Assembly: GCA_030390025.1 (NCBI GenBank)
Contig: CM059432.1
Span: 76,448,001 to 76,512,000, forward strand
Direction of reading: 5' to 3'
Source: Squalus acanthias
Lineage: Eukaryota
Length of the DNA stretch: 64,000 bases
Below the pieces are notes generated by a model. The model saw only the letters and a program-made list of their open reading frames with translations, ran no database searches and was not told the DNA's origin. The translations under genes and the position numbers were made by a program. Position 1 is the stretch's first letter. Each line of letters opens with the position of its first letter. Of this stretch, positions 61,190-64,000 are shown piece by piece.

Positions 61190-62892
61190 TTTGAAATGTG
61201 CCACACCGAGAAGAATAGGAATGAAAAACCACAAGGCTGCATGGGCCCCTTAAATGCAGCTGGCTGACAGACGTCAGCAGAGGCGAGCAGCAGACCTGAA
61301 CCCACTTACTGGGCCGGGTAGCGCGCACGACGGGCTTAATCAGCCCACTTAAGCCAAAATCTTTATTTCAGAGCGGATTAAACCGGCAGCGGGACCAGAA
61401 CCCGCCGAACATCAAACCCGACTCCAACCCGCCTCCACTCGGAAAATCGTGGCCTAGATTCCCAAACTCAATTATTAACTTTAAAATTGAGTCTAGGGTG
61501 AATTATCCTGACTTTTCTTTTGGATGCTTCAGTCAGCCTTTAGAGGTTGTACTGTCAACCTTAAATGTGCTCTTTCTTTCGCACATTGCGATTACACCAA
61601 TTTTTGGGATTAACAGTCCAGGAAATGACATTCTGCAATCAGTAAATAATAGTCTGGTCCTGCAAGCCTACCATTCTCTATTAAATTAAATTCTTCCCAC
61701 CCAGAAATTACTAGATATTATTTTCAGAATTTTACAACTGTTTCGGACTACTTTTGACTAGGAATAGGTTAAAAAATACATAACAAAATGCTGCACACAA
61801 TATATTAATCTAAATATTAAAACTGATTGCTTAGTGCTAGAGACAGAAACATATGACAGTACTTAACATCAGAACAAGACATTTAAAAAAATGCTATTCT
61901 ATGGTTGCGCTGTTAACATATGAACCTTAGAAAGAGGATGAAATTGTTGCCTAATTTTGAAATATTGTTTCTTGTCCCATTTTATTGCTAAAGCATAGAA
62001 AAGGTGATTTAAATATGGGATTTTATTCCAAATATTGTTTGTGATGTTTTATTCAATTGTTGATGTTAACTGATTTCAATGTAGTCATTCTATACTTGCT
62101 ATACGGGTTTTGTATAAAAAGCTAATATTAGAGTGAAATGTTCCGTGTTATTTTGCTACTGTAAAATCACAGACTTTTTACCCCATCAAGATAACTTGCT
62201 GTATAATAGTTGCAATTCCACTGTTGTTAAATAATTAATAATGAGCTAAAGTACTGCACTCTTTTCTGGGTTTGAAAGGCCATTTGTTTAATTTTTGATC
62301 CTCTCCAGTTTCTATCTATTGTTCTGGTCTGAAAATTTATTTCCAGCCAAACCATGTGTCATATGACAGACCATACTCTATCAATGGCTCTGAAAATAAA
62401 ACTCCTTATTTAGATTGCAGAAAGTGCAGCCTACAAACCTTTAGCTGGTTAAGAAAATATTATAGCCCTGATCTAAACTTAAACCGTCAGAATGGAATTG
62501 TTTGTCTTGCTTTTCTATAATGAACCTTTTTTTGATGTTAATCAATAACATGACTTTCTGATACTTTTACCTTCAGCTCTGTGAGATCTTGTCAATGAAA
62601 TCATCACTCACTGTAGAAATGTCAGCATCTTACAGAATGCCCATGACGGAAAATAGTAACATAAAAGAACAAGGCATGAAAAGCAGGGAAGTGAAGAAAA
62701 CAGTGACAATGGTTTTGATGAATTATTCTGTAATTAATCTGAACTGACTACAAAATCTGAAATTTTTCAAACATGTAGATCCTGCCAAACAGTAGCAGAT
62801 GGAAGCCGTAAAATTTTCAGTATCCATTTTGGAAGGTAACCACAGTCATATGAGTGATATGGGATTAGTCTATCCAGCTCCACACTTGCATA

Positions 62893-64000
62893 TAAGAACA
62901 TAAGAAGTAAGAGCAGGAGTAGGCCATACGGCCCCTCGAGCCTGCTCCGTCATTCAATAAGATCATGGCTGATCATCGACCTCAACTCCACTTTCCCGCC
63001 CGATCTCCATATCCCTTGATTCTCCTTGAGTCCAAAAATCTAACTATCTCAGCCTTGAATATACTCAAAGACACAGCATTCACAGCCCTCTGGCGCAGAG
63101 AATTCCAAAGATTCACAACCCTCTGACTGAAGAAATTCCTCCTCGTCTCCGTCTTAAGTGGCCTACCCCTTATCCTGAGACTATGCCCCCTAGCTGTAGA
63201 CACTCCAGCCAGGGGAAACAACCTCTCAGCATCTACCCTGTCAATCTCCTTCACAATCTTGTATGTTTCAATGAGATCACCTCTCATTCTTCTAAACTCC
63301 AGAGAGTATAGGCCCATTCTACACAATCTCTCATCATAGGGTAGCCCTCTCATCCCAGGAATCAATCTAGTGAACTTTTGTTGCAACGCCTCCAAGGCAA
63401 GTATATCCTTCCTTAGATAAGGAGACCAGAACTGTGCACAGTACTCCAGGTGTGGTCTCGCCAAGGCCCTGTACAATTGTAGCAAGACTTCCTTACTCCT
63501 ATACTCCAACCCCCTTGCAATAAAGGCCAACATGCCATTTGCCTCCCTTATTGCTTGCTGTACCTGCAGCTAGCTTTCTGTGTTTCTTGCACGAGGACAC
63601 CCAAATCTCTCTGAACATTTGAAAGTTTCTCACCATTTAAAAAATATTCTGTTTTTCTATTCTTCCTACCAAAGTGAATAACCTCACATTTCCCTACATT
63701 ATATTCCATCTGCCACCTTACTGCCCACTCACTTAGTCTATCTATATCCCTTTGCAGACTCTTGTGTTCTCCTCACAGCTTACTGTCCCACCTAGCTTTG
63801 TATCATCAGCAAACCTGGATACATTACACTCGGTCCCTTCATCTAGGTCATTAATATAGATTGTAAATAGCTGAGGCCCCAACACTATTCCTTGCGGCAC
63901 TCCACTAGTTACAGCCTGCCAACCTGAAAAAGATCCGTTTATCCCTACTCTGTTTTCTGTCTGTTAACCAATCCTCTATCCATGCTACTATATTACCCCC
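62893..64000 (-). mobile_element. CR1 LINE 3' part, relatively young, running off the window
   Basis: 183-aa ORF LAFIARGLEYRSKEVLLQLYRALARPHLEYCAQFWSP...RRNFFSQRVVNLWNSL. Upstream GVPQGIVLGP and FADDTKLGG. (cataagaa)n tail. Confidence 0.95.

Larger units (their letters stand above)
54658..61454 (+). mobile_element. PIF/Harbinger DNA transposon, full-length but decayed (element 2), with nested Tigger
   Basis: Right TIR aaaatcgtggcc followed by tag; eroded left TIR cacgtgatttt. GGCGGG-rich subterminals. Transposase (+) and three-exon Myb-like gene (-) are convergent. Confidence 0.9.

Overview
Vertebrate genomic DNA, almost certainly from an elasmobranch (shark/ray): it carries an HE1-type V-SINE, a SacSINE1-like Deu-SINE and CR1 LINEs with shark-type tails. 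I can support no host protein-coding exon. The window has two TE-poor, AT-rich blocks (about 1-8.8 kb and 43.2-54.6 kb) and TE-dense blocks elsewhere. PIF/Harbinger DNA transposons dominate. Two decayed full-length elements (10276-14546; about 54658-61454) each encode a HARBI1-like DDE transposase facing a convergent, intron-containing Myb/SANT-like gene. At least ten internally deleted or MITE derivatives have short GGG..AT/AATT(T) TIRs, most with 3-bp TSDs. The second full element hosts a complete Tigger/pogo element (DD32D, TA TSD), which itself hosts an HE1 SINE. Other notable items: minimal type-I hammerhead-ribozyme motifs in Penelope-like termini (42913-42950 with an intact core), a tRNA-Ser-headed SINE-like unit (28892-29222), a SINE/LINE pair sharing a 3' tail, a 33-bp minisatellite, and a candidate TATA-driven non-coding first exon on the minus strand near 26.1-26.7 kb. 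All family assignments come from motif recognition by eye, not database searches. LINE fragment boundaries are approximate.
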